Shown here piece after piece: positions 49,906 through 63,466 of a stretch of DNA of 63,861 nucleotides. The notes under the pieces are model-generated. The model did no database searches, had not been told where the DNA came from, and was given only the letters and a program-made list of their open reading frames with translations. The position numbers and the translations under genes are program-made. The DNA comes from Eledone cirrhosa (taxonomy: Eukaryota), in NCBI GenBank assembly GCA_964016885.1, contig OZ024752.1:36518001-36581861 (forward strand). Direction: 5' to 3'. Within the stretch, counting starts at the first letter, position 1. The number at the start of each line of letters is the position of its first letter.

Positions 49906-50532
49906 ATGAACAACCATACAAACTGGGAAATTTGAATTTGAGTTTTGCTAGATTAACGGTTTGCATAAGAGAAACCCTATAGTTTATGTTGATTAATGTC
50001 TAATCACATCCCGAGAACAGACCGAGAGCTCCCAACAAACACTAACAAAGACAGAATATTTTGAGGCAGCAGCAGTTGGACACATATCTATTACATAGCT
50101 CTCTCTCTCTTTCTCCCTATTTCTGTCTTTATCTTCTTTTCTATCTCTCTCTCTCTGTCTCTTTCTCTGTCTCTGTCTCTGTCTTTATCTCTCTCTCTCA
50201 GTCTCTCTCCTTCTCTTTGTCTCTCTGTCTCTCTCCCTCTCTCATTCACACACACCTATTACATAGCTGTTTCTCTTTCTCTCTCTCTCCCCCTCTCTCC
50301 CTCTCTTTCTCTGTCTCCTCTTCCCCCTCCGCTCTCCCTTATCTCTCTCTCCTATCTCTCTCTCCTATCTCTCTCCCCCACCTCTCTCTCTCTCTCTCAC
50401 CTATCTCACTCCCCCTCTCTATCTGTCAACGTTAACAACATGAATTACATAAAACAATAAACGACTAAGAAAAGATCTGGAAGAGAACAAAAGGGAAAAA
50501 AATATGCGAGAGATTAACTGACGTTATTGAAA

Positions 50533-51470
50533 ATAACTGTTTCTACTTTTGGCACAAGGCCAGCAATCATCCCAGTGTATTACTGCTACTTTATTTTATC
50601 GACCCCGTAAAGATGAAAGGCAAAGTTAACCTCGGCGGGATTTGAACTGAGACCATAAAGGGCCGTAACTTTTTGCTGCAAAGCATGGCGTTCGACCCTC
50701 TACCGATACTGCTAATCCACCGCCCTTATTGAAAATAATTGTTTCTATTATAGGCACAATGCCAGCAATTACCCAGTACATTACTGGTACTTTATTTTAT
50801 CGACCCTGTAAGGATGAAAGGCAAAGTTAACCTCGGCGGGATTTGAACTCAGATCATAAAGGGACGTAACTCTATGCTTCAAAGCATGGCGTCCGACCCT
50901 CTACCGATACTGCCAATCCACCGCCCTTAATGAAAATAATGGTTTCTGATTTAGGTACAAGGCGAACAATTTTTGGGGAAGGGAGAGTCGGTTAAATCGA
51001 CCCCAATGTGTTACTGGTACTTTATTTGATCAACCTCTTAAGGATAAAAGGCAAAGCTAATCTCGGTGGGATTAATAATGATTTCTAATATAGGCACAAT
51101 TTGGCGGGGGGGGGGGGGGGGTCGATTAAATCGACCGCAGTACGTTACTGGTACTTTATTTTATCGACCCCGTAAGGATGAAAGGCAAAGTTAACCTCGG
51201 CGGGATTTGAACCCAGTTCGTAAAGGGACGTAACTTTATACTGGAAAGCATGGCGTCCGACTCTCTACCGATACTGCCAATCAACCATTAATGATAATGG
51301 TTTCTGATTTAGGCTCAAGGCCAACAATTTTTGGGGAGGGGATAACGTCGGTTTAATCGACCCCAGTGGCTTACTGGTACTTTATTTTATCGACTCAGTA
51401 AGGATGAAAGGCAAAGTTAACCTCGGTGGGATTTGAACTCAGAAAGTAAAAGGATGTACCTATATGCTTC
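50533..51470 (-). mobile_element. Head-to-tail S1 SINE cluster
   Basis: About five reverse-strand copies. A further pair lies at about 48528-48845. Confidence 0.85.
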
Positions 51471-52071
51471 CAAACAGGTTGACCTTGAACCTGTAATACA
51501 CTGGGATAATTGCTGGCTTTGTGCCAAAAGTAGAAACAATTATTATTTCCTCATAAATAATATCGGTTAAGATTGGCAGAGTCGTTAGAGCGTCAGACAA
51601 AATGCTTTGCGGCATATAGCTACGTCTCTTTACTTTCTGTGTTCAAATCACGCCGAAGTTAGCTTTGTCTTTCAACCTTACAGGATCAAACACATAAAGC
51701 ATCTGTAAAGCGCTGGGGTCTGTTTAATCAATATACCCTTTCCCTCCAAAATTGATTGCTTTGTGTCAAAATGAAAAATCATTAAATCACATTCTTAATC
51801 ATAATCTATAAAGCTCAGTGTGTGGTCATGCTCCTTTCTTATAGAAATCTACGATATAGAATTTCTTCAATTGAAATTTACAATTCAGTATTCGAAATAG
51901 CATCGATTGCGTCTTGGCACATCTAATTTTTTCAATTTCACCCATAATTACGCAAAAAATAGATAAAACTCAATATTTTACGATTTTCCTCTGTCATTTA
52001 ATCTGCTAAACTCTTTCCACTACCATTCAAAATCTATACAACTTCATACTTTTTGCTACTTTCTCTTTCCA

Positions 52072-52570
52072 TATCACACCACTCCCTACTGTCTTAAATT
52101 TAGAAAACACATATCCTCTATGAGGTTACTAAACCTGCTAGAAACACCAGCTAACTCTCCCCCATATCACACCCCTCCCTACTGTCTTAAATTTAGAAAA
52201 CATATCTTCTATGAGGTCACTAAACCTGCTAGAAACAGCAGCTAACTCTCCCCCATATCACACCACTCCCTACTGTCTTAAATTTAGAAAACACATATCC
52301 TCTATGAGGTTACTAAACCTGCTAGAAACACCAGCTAACTCTCCCCCATATCACACCCCTCCCTACTGTCTTAAATTTAGAAAACATATCTTCTATGAGG
52401 TCACTAAACCTGCTAGAAACAGCAGCTAACTCTCCCCCATATCACACCACTCCCTACTGTCTTAAATTTAGAAAACACATACCCTCTATGAGGTCACTAA
52501 ACCTGCTAGAAACAACAGCTAACTCTCCCTCATATCACAACCCTCCCTACTGTCTTAAATTTAGAAAACA
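52072..52570. repeat. ~92-bp tandem repeat with alternating (dimeric) variants
   Basis: The unit ctactgtcttaaatttagaaaac...cctgctagaaaca(g/c)cagctaactctcccc occurs about 5.5 times. A single copy lies at about 26095-26190 with the same downstream sequence. Confidence 0.9.
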
Positions 52571-52859
52571 CACAGACAACCATGCAGAACAACTCCATTG
52601 CAGCTCTGTTGTTCGGCTGGCATCGTGTTGCGCAAGTACTGTGAAACAATAAATTTCAACACTTTTTTGCACAGAGATAATATCCATAGGCGAAACTACA
52701 ATTGTCACTGCTGGCGCAGCTCCTGCTTCCAGGTCTGCAATTCATTCACCCAGTGTCTGGCAGACAAAAAAGTGCTGCCATAAAATGGGTGGTGCAACCT
52801 AACTTTGGTAACTTAATGACCCCGAGCAACGGCGGGCTTTAATATTATAAACACTAAAA

Positions 52860-53378
52860 TGCGAGGGTAAACTGAAAAGTTCATAGGCTAACCAAGATAC
52901 TCTCATGGAATGACCAAATGTGGTTTATTTTTCAACATAGTCCCTGGAAAGAAACAATGCAAGTATTAATAAAAGGAGTTGAAATTAATGCATGTAAGAT
53001 TTCACAGCTCTAGCATCACTCCTTCATAGTCTGACCAAGATACTCTCATGGAACGACCAAATGAGGTTTATTTTTCAACATAGTCCCTGGAAAGAAACAA
53101 TGCAAGTATTAATAAGAAGAGTTGAAATTAATGCATGTAAGATTTCACAGCTCTAGCACCATTCCTTCATAGTCTGACCAAGATACTCTCATGGAATGAC
53201 TAAATGAGGTTTATTTTTCAACATAGTCCCCGGAAAGAAACAATGTAGTTATTAATAAGAAGAGTTGAAATTAATATATGCAAGATTTCACAGCTTTAGC
53301 ATCACTCCGTAGTGTGACCAACATACTCTCATGGAATGACCAAATGAAGTTGATTTTTTCAACATAATCCCTGGAAAG
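52860..53378. repeat. Mariner MITE-derived tandem array
   Basis: TIR cgagggtaaactgaaaagttcata followed by about 3.5 body units. Confidence 0.85.
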
Positions 53379-53634
53379 TCTATTTTATTTAGTCAACAAT
53401 TTACGACGTAGTCTTCTACTTTCAGTTATAGATACTGCTATGCATAACACTCCTCTTTAAATGAAAATCAGAATTTTTAAACAGACAATAAGCATTTTAT
53501 CGTGTATGTCTTCCATGGCGTTTATGGCTTCTATTTTAACCTTATGCTGTTATGTAAACTGCTGCAGAAATAACAAGTTTAAATTAATATAGTCACGTTT
53601 TCAACCTTAGTCGACACAAACAAATTTACATTAT

Positions 53635-54182
53635 ATTTGGCAGTATTGGTAGAAGGTCGGACGCCATGCTTTGACGTATAGAGTTACGGCCCTTGCCTTT
53701 CTGAGTTCAAATCTCGCCAAGGTTAACTTTGCCTTTCATCCTTACGTGGTCGATAAAATAAAGTACCAGTAATGCACTGGGTAATCGCTGGCCTTGTGTC
53801 TAACGTAGAAACAATTATATTTGGCAGTATCGGTAGAGAGTCGGACGCCATGCTTTCCAGCATAGTTAAGTCCCTTTACGGTCTGAGTTCAAATCCCTCC
53901 GAGGGTAATTTTGCCTTTCATCCTTACGGGATCGATAAAATAAAGTGCCAGTAATGTACTGGGTAATTGCTGGCCTTGTGCCCAACGTAGAAACAATTAT
54001 ATTTGGCAGTATCGGTAGAGAGTCGGACGCCATGCTTTCCAGCATAGTTACGTCCCTTTACGGTCTGAGTTCAAATCCCTCCGAGGGTAACTTTGCCTTT
54101 CATCCTTACGGGATCGATAAAACAAAGTGCCAGTAATGCACTGGGTAATTGCTGGCCTTGTGCCTAAAGTAGAAACAATTAT
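53635..54182 (+). mobile_element. Three tandem S1 SINEs
   Basis: Each copy begins ttatatttggcagtat. Confidence 0.9.
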
Positions 54183-54364
54183 ATTAGGGTTGTGTATCAG
54201 TAAAGACTATTTCATTCGTGAATCTTAGGGATGTCTCCTAACGTCGTAGCACTTAAAATTTGTATTTTTTAAAGGTTTGTTTTAGAATGAAATGAGGAAA
54301 TATGAAAGGAAAGGTCGACTCGTTTAAAATTGCCACATAACTGACCGCGTCTAACGTCGTCGTA

Positions 54365-54485
54365 GTGAAAGCGCGTAGCTTAGTGGTTAGAGAATTGGAT
54401 TTGCAATCGTGAGGTCGTAAGTTTGCTTCCCGAACCGGGTAATGCGTTATGTTCTTGAGCAAGACAGTTTATTTCACGTTGCTCT
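54365..54485 (+). mobile_element. Second tRNA-derived SINE family (CORE-like body)
   Basis: Head tagcttagtggttaga and body gttcttgagcaagacagtttatttcacgttgctc. A relative lies at about 47775-47885. Confidence 0.6.
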
Positions 54486-54742
54486 TTCTGCCAGGAGTTA
54501 CAACCGGTAGATAGCATCAGCAATTGGAAAAGATCAATGGATTTGACGAGTTCCACTCCAGACCCCCCCCCCACCCGGTAAGCAAATGAGGTCTGGGATG
54601 TTGTCGATTGATATAATCGAAGTCTTCGTATCCAATACCTAACCTTCTAAATCTATCAGATACAACACTGAACAGGTAAACATCAAGTTTTATATAAAAC
54701 TAATCGACCCGCATAGTCAATAAACGACGACAATAACGTTAA

Positions 54743-54963
54743 CCCTTTAACATTTACATTACTCTATATATACTATCATATTTTCACGGTAAACACTTTA
54801 CCTCACATAATTATCTCCCATAATATTGAATCTATGAGATTTTGATATTATTTATTTTGAGAACAATACCTTAACATCAGTATGGGCGGCCAATTACACC
54901 TGGTTTGAACAGATAGAGGTGAGAGAAGTCTGGCCTGATACAGCCGGTTTAAATACTAAAGGG
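54743..54963. mobile_element. piggyBac-type MITE
   Basis: TTAA-ccctttaacattta ... taaatactaaaggg-TTAA. Confidence 0.8.
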
Positions 54964-55170
54964 TTAAATGTATGTAATTTTTGGTGATCGTTATTGGTAT
55001 CTTATCTATACCAGGATTAGCAGGCGGCGAAGAAGACATTCTTTTTGTAAAAAACGTTGCTTTCACGCACTCTCCGTTATACAGCTTGTGGGTTAGAGAC
55101 TAACTTGTAGTTGTCGCTTTTGGTAATAGAGTTTCTCATTGAACGCCGTGAATCCATATCTTTAGAGTTA

Positions 55171-55661
55171 CTAGCAGAACCCCCCCCCCCCCCGGGTGGT
55201 TTTCTGATAGCATGTGTAGTGTGTATATTGATATTATACGCAAGTATGTATGCATGTAGATATGATACATCAAATAAAATCGTAATTGACAATATACACA
55301 GAAATTGAACGAAGACTGCGTTACACTGTCTTATGTAATCAGTAACGCAATCCATGATACATTAAAAAAAGACGATATTATATATAAACTGCATTAGGAG
55401 AAAATTAGTGATGGAAATATATGAATGCTTACTTAAGCAATCGCTAACCGGAAGTGTTAACATTTAACAATTTTAAAGAAGTGAATCTTAAAATAAGCAA
55501 CAAAATTATTCATATTTAATCAAGAATAACGAAATTTAGTAGATAAATTATGTAATATTCATTCATTATTTATTCAAAGTAATCCAACTTATTTTACAAA
55601 CAGGATAAAAAAAATAGATTCTGGACGCAGTCCGGCACTCCTTACTTTATTATAGTTTAGA
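55171..55661 (-). mobile_element. Probable non-autonomous Helitron
   Basis: The minus strand begins TCtaaactataataaag and ends ggttctgCTAG. The end motif is shared with 37570-37604. Confidence 0.55.
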
Positions 55662-56872
55662 TACAGCTTGTGGGTTAGATACAAACCTGTGGTTTAGAGA
55701 CTAACTTGTTGTTGTCGCTTTTGGTAATAGAGTTTCTTATTCAACGCCGTGAATCCATATTTTTAGAGTTATTATTTTCTTTTCTTAAGAGATTGATATG
55801 TAATACCATCGTCGTAGGTGGTGAATTGGCAGAGTTGTTAGAACGTCGGATAGAATTCCTTGCGGTATTCGTTCCGGCTCACAAATCCCGCCGAGATCAA
55901 CTTTACCTTTCATTCATTCGTGGTCGAAAAATAAAATACCAGTCTATTACTGAAGTTGTTTCTTCTTCTATATCTCTTTCTAACTTCCATTCTCCCACTC
56001 TCGCTATCCATTTCTGGAAAAAAAATCTACCTGGAGAGGAAATAGGCTCCACCAGATCTAAAAGATAAAAAAAAAAACACACCCCCTAGAAACGCTATAG
56101 GAGTTACGGGATCATATTATACCATGGTAGTAATTTTTAGTCAGTTTCTTTTTTTTTTCATACGATAGTATGAAAATATTTAATTCTATGGCCTACGTAG
56201 TTGACATTTCTATTTGGTTTTATTTATTCACCTGAGTAACCTTACGTTTAATTCATTGCCGTGTGCACTTCAGGTTTATTATTATTACTATTTCGTGTCT
56301 CTATTAAAATATTTCCATTATTTCTAAAATCATCCAAACACAACAAGAGGTTTGAGGTAGAAATTTAGGATTGTTTGTTTGCGAGATTTAGAAAACATTT
56401 CTGAAAGAATACTATACAAGTATGTTGTATTATAGCGACATTTATTGATCGAGCAATGTGTGATATCGCATATTTTCATATCTAGTGATATTGTCGGTAA
56501 CCTTTAACGTGAGTGAGTGAGTATGAGTATGTGTGTGTGTGTAGGGGTGGGGGGTTGTGTGTGGGTGGATGTGTGTTTGCTTTGTATTTTTCCTTTTTTA
56601 CCTATCGCTGTCATAAAGGTTAATATTTGCTTAGAGAAATTGGAAAATGGTCTTAAATTGTGGCTTCAGAATGTTTTCAAACTATATATTCTATCTATAT
56701 ACTACTAAAACTCTGTGGTTGTGTCTTGTCTGTAATATAATACAGCCAAAACGGTGCATAATGGGAAAATACTTTGAAAGAAAGTTGCCCCGGAAAAGGG
56801 AATACAAATGGAATAAAACAAGTTTCACGTAAATCGGAGCACGGGTTCCCGAGATACGGGGTTTTTCCTTCA

Positions 56873-57052
<180 letters not shown>

Positions 57053-57297
57053 GGAGAGAGAGAAAGACAGAGAGAAATAGATAGTGGTTGTGAGAGAGTA
57101 GACTGAAAATTTCATTTTACATTATATACATGTCTGTATATATTTTAATTATTAAAAAATTATTTTTAAGTGAACATGATTTAAAAAAAAAATTTTTTAA
57201 GTGAACGTGCCCCAGCGGGTCACGGGTGGTTTAGTATATTCTATACTCATCTCTGTTGAATTGCATTTATATGGAGATTTATGTGTTGATTAGTAGT

Positions 57298-57915
57298 GAT
57301 ATAATGGTTATTGAGGCGGTTTGTATAATAATATATTTTTATTTTATCATTCTGTCTGCTTCTTGGTTAAATATTTCAAACAAATGTGGTTTTTCAACCC
57401 TTGTAATTTTAGACACACGGTTTACTGTGTTTCTTACTATATATTATTAATCGGCTCAGTATTTTATACTTGGAGCTTAATAGTTACAGGGTTCCAATTG
57501 GAGTTTTAACTCTAATTTTCATATATATTTCTGCTCCCTCACAAGTCGAGCTTATTAAGTTGTGTTTGTTGGACTGTTATTTCTATTCAATACGCGCTTA
57601 CCACGTTTGATTAGCGGCGCACGAGGTGACACATTTCATCTTTCTGTGTGAACGTTGGCAAATAGTGTTTGTTGCATTTAATCAGATTCTCTCGCTGATG
57701 ATGCCCAAGATTATCTGTTACAAACACACTCAGGGCGAAACAGATTAGGGATAATCTGTCCGAGAGATATAATGGTTATTGAGGCGGTTTGTATAATAAT
57801 ATATTTTTATTTTATCATTCTGTCTGCTTCTTGGTTAAATATTTCAAACAAATGTGGTTTTTCAACCCTTGTAATTTTAGACACAAGGTTTAGTGTGTTT
57901 CTTACTATATATTAT
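57298..57915 (+). mobile_element. Retrozyme-like / non-autonomous PLE unit: 468-nt monomer plus 150-bp terminal direct repeat
   Basis: Segment 57298-57447 repeats at 57766-57915. An HHR lies immediately before the second repeat, and the unit ends in (TA)n. Confidence 0.8.
57688..57767 (+). ncRNA. Canonical type I hammerhead ribozyme (GUC at 57758-57760)
   Basis: tctctcg-CTGATGA-t-gccc..gggc-GAAA-cagatta-ggga-taatctg-TC-cgagaga. Stem I is 7 bp, stem II 4 bp and stem III 8 bp. Confidence 0.92.
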
Positions 57916-57956
57916 ATATATATATCAAATTTATTTATAAAACTGCTTATATATTG

Positions 57957-58022
57957 TATTTTATCTGAAGAAGGCATGCCATATTTTTAATATGGTATCC
58001 CTGAAATATGTATAATGAAATA
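57957..58022 (+). ncRNA. Type I hammerhead ribozyme, family A (element ~57930-58152)
   Basis: tattttat-CTGAAGA-aggcatgccat..atggtatccct-GAAA-tatgta-TA-atgaaata. The core change falls at the free N7 position. Confidence 0.8.
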
Positions 58023-58149
58023 AATATGGTTTTATAAATATAGTTTCCATTTGTTTAATATCGTATATCTACTCCAAAACTTGTTGAGTGCTTTATATCA
58101 GTTATAAAATATTTACTTGTTGTAACCCAACAATTTTAAATAAAACTTT

Positions 58150-58201
<52 letters not shown>

Positions 58202-58208
<7 letters not shown>

Positions 58209-58485
58209 ATATTTGGGGAGGGTCATATTTGCGTAATATTGCCAGAATTAATAACAGAACACACTCACTGTTTGGTTGGTTTTCGCTTCTCGCTGTCTTT
58301 TATATATATATATCTGCGATCTAACTTACTCGGTCCTCAATGTTGCCATTGACAGACCGGCGGTCAAAAATAATACAGATACAATATAGACAAACACATA
58401 TATATATATAGTTTACATAATTTACATAAATCTTTCGTTGCACATCTGCAACATCGTCAGTGGTGTTATATTCATTGTTCCTCCT
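58202..58485 (-). mobile_element. Family G element (homolog of 22450-22797) with hammerhead-like core
   Basis: Near-identical reverse complement, between TA tracts. Confidence 0.7.
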
Positions 58486-58626
58486 TATATATATATATAA
58501 ATGGAAAAGGATGAAACGAAATTTCATTTATCACTCTTAGTACGGCTGATACTTAAATGTAAGTATGTACACGTACATACATATATGTATACAGACGTAC
58601 AGTAGTATGTATATATATACATACAT

Positions 58627-58702
<76 letters not shown>

Positions 58703-58705
58703 ATG

Positions 58706-58749
<44 letters not shown>

Positions 58750-58779
58750 CATATATATATATATATATGTATGTATGTG

Positions 58780-58810
<31 letters not shown>

Positions 58811-59278
58811 GTATATATATATATATGTATGTATGTATGTATGTATGCCACCGCCGTCGCCATCACCATCACCAGCGACCTGGCCTTAAGAACAACTTTA
58901 ATAATAATTTTTCTGCTTTTGGCACGGATCCAGCGACTGGCCAGCGCATCACTGGTACTCTCTTTTGTTGACTCCGTGGAGAGCCATAACTCTATGCTGT
59001 AAAGCAATTATAGTAATACTGGACTGTAATACGATCGGCTTCAACTATACAAACTCTTGAAAGTCAACAGTTGACATAATCTGGTAATCTTGTATCAGTA
59101 ATGACGGTAATATATATATATATATGTGTGTGTGTGCGTGTAAGTGAGTAGAGTAGCGTGTGTGTGTGTTTGTTGTGTGTGTGAGTGTTGCTGTGTGCAC
59201 GCATATGTATGCGTGTGTGTGTATGTCGTACGTATAAGTGTCAATAAGTAATTTTTTTTTTTTTTTTTTTTTTTTTTT

Positions 59279-59637
59279 GCGCGGGGACATAGAAATAATC
59301 GGGCTGGATGCCCGATCGCGCAGTTAAACCACTGGGAGTGAAGAACCCCTAGCCCATGTCAGGGTATTCTTCTAGGAGAAGGCATCTCAGGAAACTGGGT
59401 TAACTCCGATATAAAACCTGCGGCTCAGTAGTTACCGATGATGTTGATCTTTTCTTCTTTTCGGGTTATAGCTACTGTCGCTCAGAGAGTGGGATTGGTT
59501 CAGTGCACAGTCTTTCCTCACTTTAAAAAATATTCGTCACGCACAGGCATTGCACGAGTGCATTAATAATTATTAATAGTGTAGTATTATTATTATTATT
59601 ATTATTACTATTATTATTACTTTTTTTTTTTTTTTCT

Positions 59638-59672
<35 letters not shown>

Positions 59673-62600
59673 CAAATTCAATGATGTTCCAGAACAATGT
59701 AAACGAGATAATTGCCAATTTGGGTTCTGGAACAAAAGGGATCATTGGCAATAAGGGCAGGGGCCCCAAGTTATCACAACCTGGGCCCGCCCGTCATCGT
59801 GCCATTGTAATAGAGCCAAACAGGGCATTTAGTCTTGGCTGCTGGAACGTACGGACGCTGCTTGACAGGGATTCTTTGGAGCGTCCTGAACGAAGGACCG
59901 CTCTTGTTGCGAAGGAGCTTCGACGTTACGATCTTGACATCGTGGCTTTGTCTGAGACGAGGTTAGCTGGGGATGGTCATCTTACGGAATTTTGTGGAGA
60001 ATATACATTCTTCTGGAAAGGAAGAGATGAAGGAACCAGAAGAGAGGCTGGGGTAGGATTTGCTGTTAAGACTGTACTGGTGAATAAATTGGAAGAATTC
60101 CCAGTGGGGATTAGTGAGCGTCTTATGTCCATGAGAGTTCCGCTGGACAAGGGAAGATATGCTACCCTGGTGAGTGTGTATGCTCCAACTATGAATTCTG
60201 TCGATGAAGAAAAACTGTCCTTTTACCATGCCTTGAAAGGTGTTTTAAGAAATATCCCTCAGGCAGACAAAGTCATCGTGCTTGGTGACTTTAATGCTAG
60301 AGTGGGTAGGGATTTTAACACATGGAATGTAATCGGAAGGCATGGGGTGGGAAAGTGTAACAGCAATGGTATGCTCTTGCTGCAGATGTGTGAGGAGCTG
60401 GATCTGTGTGTTACCAACACCATGTTCCAACAAAAGAACAAATTCAAGACCACATGGATGCATCCTGCATCTAAGGAATGGCATCTTTTGGACTACGTCC
60501 TAGTCAGGATGCGTGACAGACAGGATGTGCGGTGTGTTCGTGTTCTTCGTGGAGCTGAGTGCTGGACGGACCACCGCCTGGTACGCGCAAAAGTGAATCT
60601 AATCACCAAACGTAAAATCCGGGCTCCTGGTGTTACCCTGCCCAAAAGATTGAATGCTGCTCGTCTTAAGGATAAAAATGTGAAGAGGACATTGGAAGAA
60701 GAGATGCAGGCTGCAGATCTTGGTGAGGATTGGCCGACCCTTAAAAAGTCGGTTTATGATGTAGGCAGACGTGTTCTGGGATTGGTGCAGAGAAAACATC
60801 AGGACTGGTTTAATGAGAAAGATGTGCATATAGATGACTTGTTGGCTGATAAGAGGCGCGCTCTGTCACGCTACTTGACGGCAAGACCACAGGAGAGGAA
60901 TACGTTGCATGAGGAGCTCAGGGATGTAAAATCACGTGTTAGGCGGAGTCTTTCTCAGATGAAGGATCAGTGGTGGAGTGAGAAGGCTGGTGAGATACAA
61001 ACTGCGTCTGATTGCAATAACACAAAGCTGTTGTACAGTCTCTTGCGTGAGGTTTATGGACCGTCTTCTTCTCTGGTGACACCGATTCGCAGCAGGGATG
61101 GCAAAGAACTTCTTCGTGACTCACAGGGAATTCTACGAAGGTGGCGGGAGCACTTTGATGATCTTTTGAATCAGCCGTCTGTCGTCAGTGAAGATTTCCT
61201 CAATCTCATTCCGGAAAGTCCTGTGAAAGTAGCTCTCGCAGAGCCTCCGACACTTGTGGAGGTTGCAGTGGCTATTTCGAAGCTGAACAGTGGAAGATCT
61301 CCAGGTATGGATGGCATACATGCTGAGCTCCTACAATATGGTGGTGAGAGACTCCTGCAACATCTTCACTCTCTGTTTGGAAGGATATGGGCTAATGAAT
61401 CCGTGCCTGAGGACTGGAGAGATGCGGTAATGGTGGTCTTGTACAAGGGAAAGGGTAACAGGAATGATTGTGGGAACTACAGAGGTATATCATTGCTTTC
61501 TGTCGTGGGGAAAGTTTTATGTAGGGTGCTTCTGGACCGTCTGCTGACACACATTGCAGATTGTGTCCTTCCTGAAAGTCAATCTGGTTTTCGTGTTGGA
61601 CGCGGCACTACTGATATGATCTTCTCAGCTAGACAGCTCCAGGAGAAGTGCATTGAGCAGGGCTTGGATCTGTATCAGGTTTTTGTCGATCTGACAAAGG
61701 CTTTCGATACTGTCAACAGAGATGCATTATGGAAGGTTCTCCAGAAACTTGGTTGCCCTGATAAGTTCCTTGCTTTAGTTAGGTCTTTCCATGACGACAT
61801 GAAGGCTTGGGTTAATGTCGGAGGTAACATGTCGGAGCCTATCTCAGTAAAAAATGGAGTGAAACAGGGGGATATTCCAGCACCGACCCTGTTTGCCATA
61901 TACTTTGCAATGGTTTTCTGTATTGCATTCAGGAATTGCGAGCATGGTGTTTACATCCGATATCGAACCTCAGGCAGCATATTTAACATCAGGCGCTTTG
62001 CTGCGAAGACAAAAGTATTTACATCAGTCATAAGAGACCTCTTGTATGCAGATGATTGCGATCTTGTAGCGCACACAGAGAGTGATATGCAGCACATTTT
62101 GAATGTATTTTCTGACGCTTGCACTGCCCTGGGTTTGACTGTCAGTCTCAAGAAAACCGTCGTCATGTACCAACCTGCACCTGGTAGGCAGTACACTGAA
62201 CCAAACATCTATGTGTATGGCAAACGACTTGGAGTGGTTGATCAGTTTGTCTACCTGGGAAGCACTGTCAATCGATACGGCAACCTTGACAGTGAAATCT
62301 CACTTAGGATTAGGAAAGCAAGTGATGCTTTCGGAAAGCTAGAAAGGCGACTCTGGGGTCGGCGAGACATATGCAGGAGGACAAAGGTAAAGGTGTACAG
62401 GGCATGTGTACTCTCTTGTCTTCTTTATGCCTGCGAGACCTGGGTCACATATCGACGCCACCTTAAGCAATTGGAGCGTTTCCATCAGATGTGTCTCAGA
62501 CGGATACATGGCGTTCGCTGGAGGGACCACATCAGTGATGTCGAGATTTTGGAAAGCTCTATGTGTGACAGTATAGAAGCTCTTGTGCTTAAGCAGCGAC

Positions 62601-63234
62601 TCCGTTGGAGTGGTCACCTTGCCAGGATGAAGGATTCTAGAATACCAAAACAACTCTTCTATGGAGAGTTGGTTAAAGGAAAACGACCGCCACATAAACC
62701 AAAAAAGAGGTATAAGGATTCCTTGAAGGCCTCTCTGAGAGACGCTAACATCTCTGCTGATACATGGGAAAATGTTGCTGCTGATCGTAATAAATGGAGA
62801 AAGACTGTATATGAGGGAAAAGTTGCCTTTGAGGCATCTCGAATCGCACACGAGAAAGTAAAGCGGGACGTGAGGAAGGGTATTGCTGTTGCACTTCCAG
62901 ACGGCGAGGGTCCTCCTATGTTTCTGACATGCAGCGTCTGTGCGAGACTCTGCCTAAGCAAAGCTGGACTCGAAAGTCATCTTCGCAGTCATAAAGTAAG
63001 ACCAGTGGTTGACTACCAGGCTGCTGTTGGAGATGCTACTCATCATGCTTGCCAAACATGTGGTAGAGAATGTAAATCAGCAGGAGGACTCAAGCGACAT
63101 GCAAAAGTGCACGAACTCCAACCACAGCCGACTATTCCCAGTAAATGTTTTGGTTGCCGACTCTGTGCAAGACATTTTGGATCATTGGCTGGGCTAAAAA
63201 GCCACATTCGATCGCAGCACTGTTAGTTGCTATC

Positions 63235-63272
<38 letters not shown>

Positions 63273-63348
63273 GCTTATGTGCGTGCGTGTGTGTGTATAT
63301 ATATATGAATATGTATATTATTGTTGTTGTCGTTATTATTATTATTGC

Positions 63349-63418
<70 letters not shown>

Positions 63419-63466
63419 TTTTTTATTTTTTATTGTGCAATGGCCATACTCGATAACGAGGGGGCA

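Noticed and set aside
59279-59420. HDV-like ribozyme in the RTE 5'UTR
   Set aside because: It is expected for some RTEs, but I could not assign P1-P4 convincingly by eye. It needs a descriptor search.
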